NCBI RefSeq assembly: GCF_036321535.1
Contig: NC_087437.1
Coordinates: 63,180,001 to 63,244,000 of the forward strand
Source: Camelus dromedarius
Lineage: Eukaryota
Reading direction: 5' to 3'
Length of the DNA: 64,000 nucleotides
A program made the position numbers and the translations under genes. The number at the start of each line of letters is the position of its first letter. The first letter of the stretch is position 1. Positions 63,571-64,000 of the stretch are shown here, in pieces. The notes under the pieces are model-generated. The model was not told where the DNA came from, did not search any database, and saw only the letters and a list, made by a program, of their open reading frames with translations.

Positions 63571-64000
63571 CCTCTGTGGAAATTGTTCTCTCTCAGTCCC
63601 AGTCTAAGCTTAGCATCTCTATTTCTTGAGATGGTTTCTTTTTAATAAAACAGTAATAATAACAAAGCAGTTACTGAATGTTTATGCGCCAGACACCAAC
63701 CTAAGCGTTTTATGTGTCACACAACCCAGTCTTCACACAGCCCCATGCAGCAGGTGCTTTCACCACCCCGCCCGCCTTAGAGAGGGGGGTCAGGCCACGC
63801 ACCAGGATTCGGGCGCACGGAGTCTGGCTCTGGGGCCTTCAGTCTTTTTCTTAATGTTTTGTTATGAAATGTTTTAATCACATCAAAGACTAAAAAGGAT
63901 AGTGTGACTAGTCCCCACATACTCACAATCTAAATTTAACAATTATTACCCTGTTGCCGTAATTGCCTCATAATTTTTACAGAATCTTTTTTAAGTGAAT

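Noticed and set aside
1..64000. Other KALRN first exons and exon 2
   Set aside because: No peptide resembling the other N-termini I recall (e.g. MNPPEG...) or the Sec14 start was found; very short first exons cannot be excluded by eye.

Overview
Mammalian genomic DNA, probably camelid (inferred from the tRNA-derived SINE and the L1 3' end). The window lies in the 5' region of KALRN (kalirin RhoGEF) on the minus strand. The only host coding sequence I can support is the alternative first exon Ex1C. Its CDS is 34447-34381, encoding MTDRFWDQWYLWYLRLLRLLDR-G and ending at a phase-1 donor. The rest is intronic or upstream sequence rich in interspersed repeats: a fairly young 5'-truncated L1 with a TSD (4590-6436), two SINEs, old L1M, L2, MIR and CR1/L3 relics, MLT1 and LTR33 LTRs, MER5 and MER102 hAT elements, and microsatellites. 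The most interesting observations are: (1) a ~215 bp foldback element built from a repeated GACATTTGGTCC motif (6708-6921); (2) an out-of-frame uATG overlapping the Ex1C start; (3) two REST/RE1-like sites flanking Ex1C; (4) a palindromic CTCF motif at 50167; (5) a UG/CA inverted microsatellite pair behind the Ex1C donor; and (6) a mariner-like transposase relic near 1.2 kb. I found no clear evidence of a novel multi-gene system. Repeat family names and most old-repeat boundaries are by eye and approximate.
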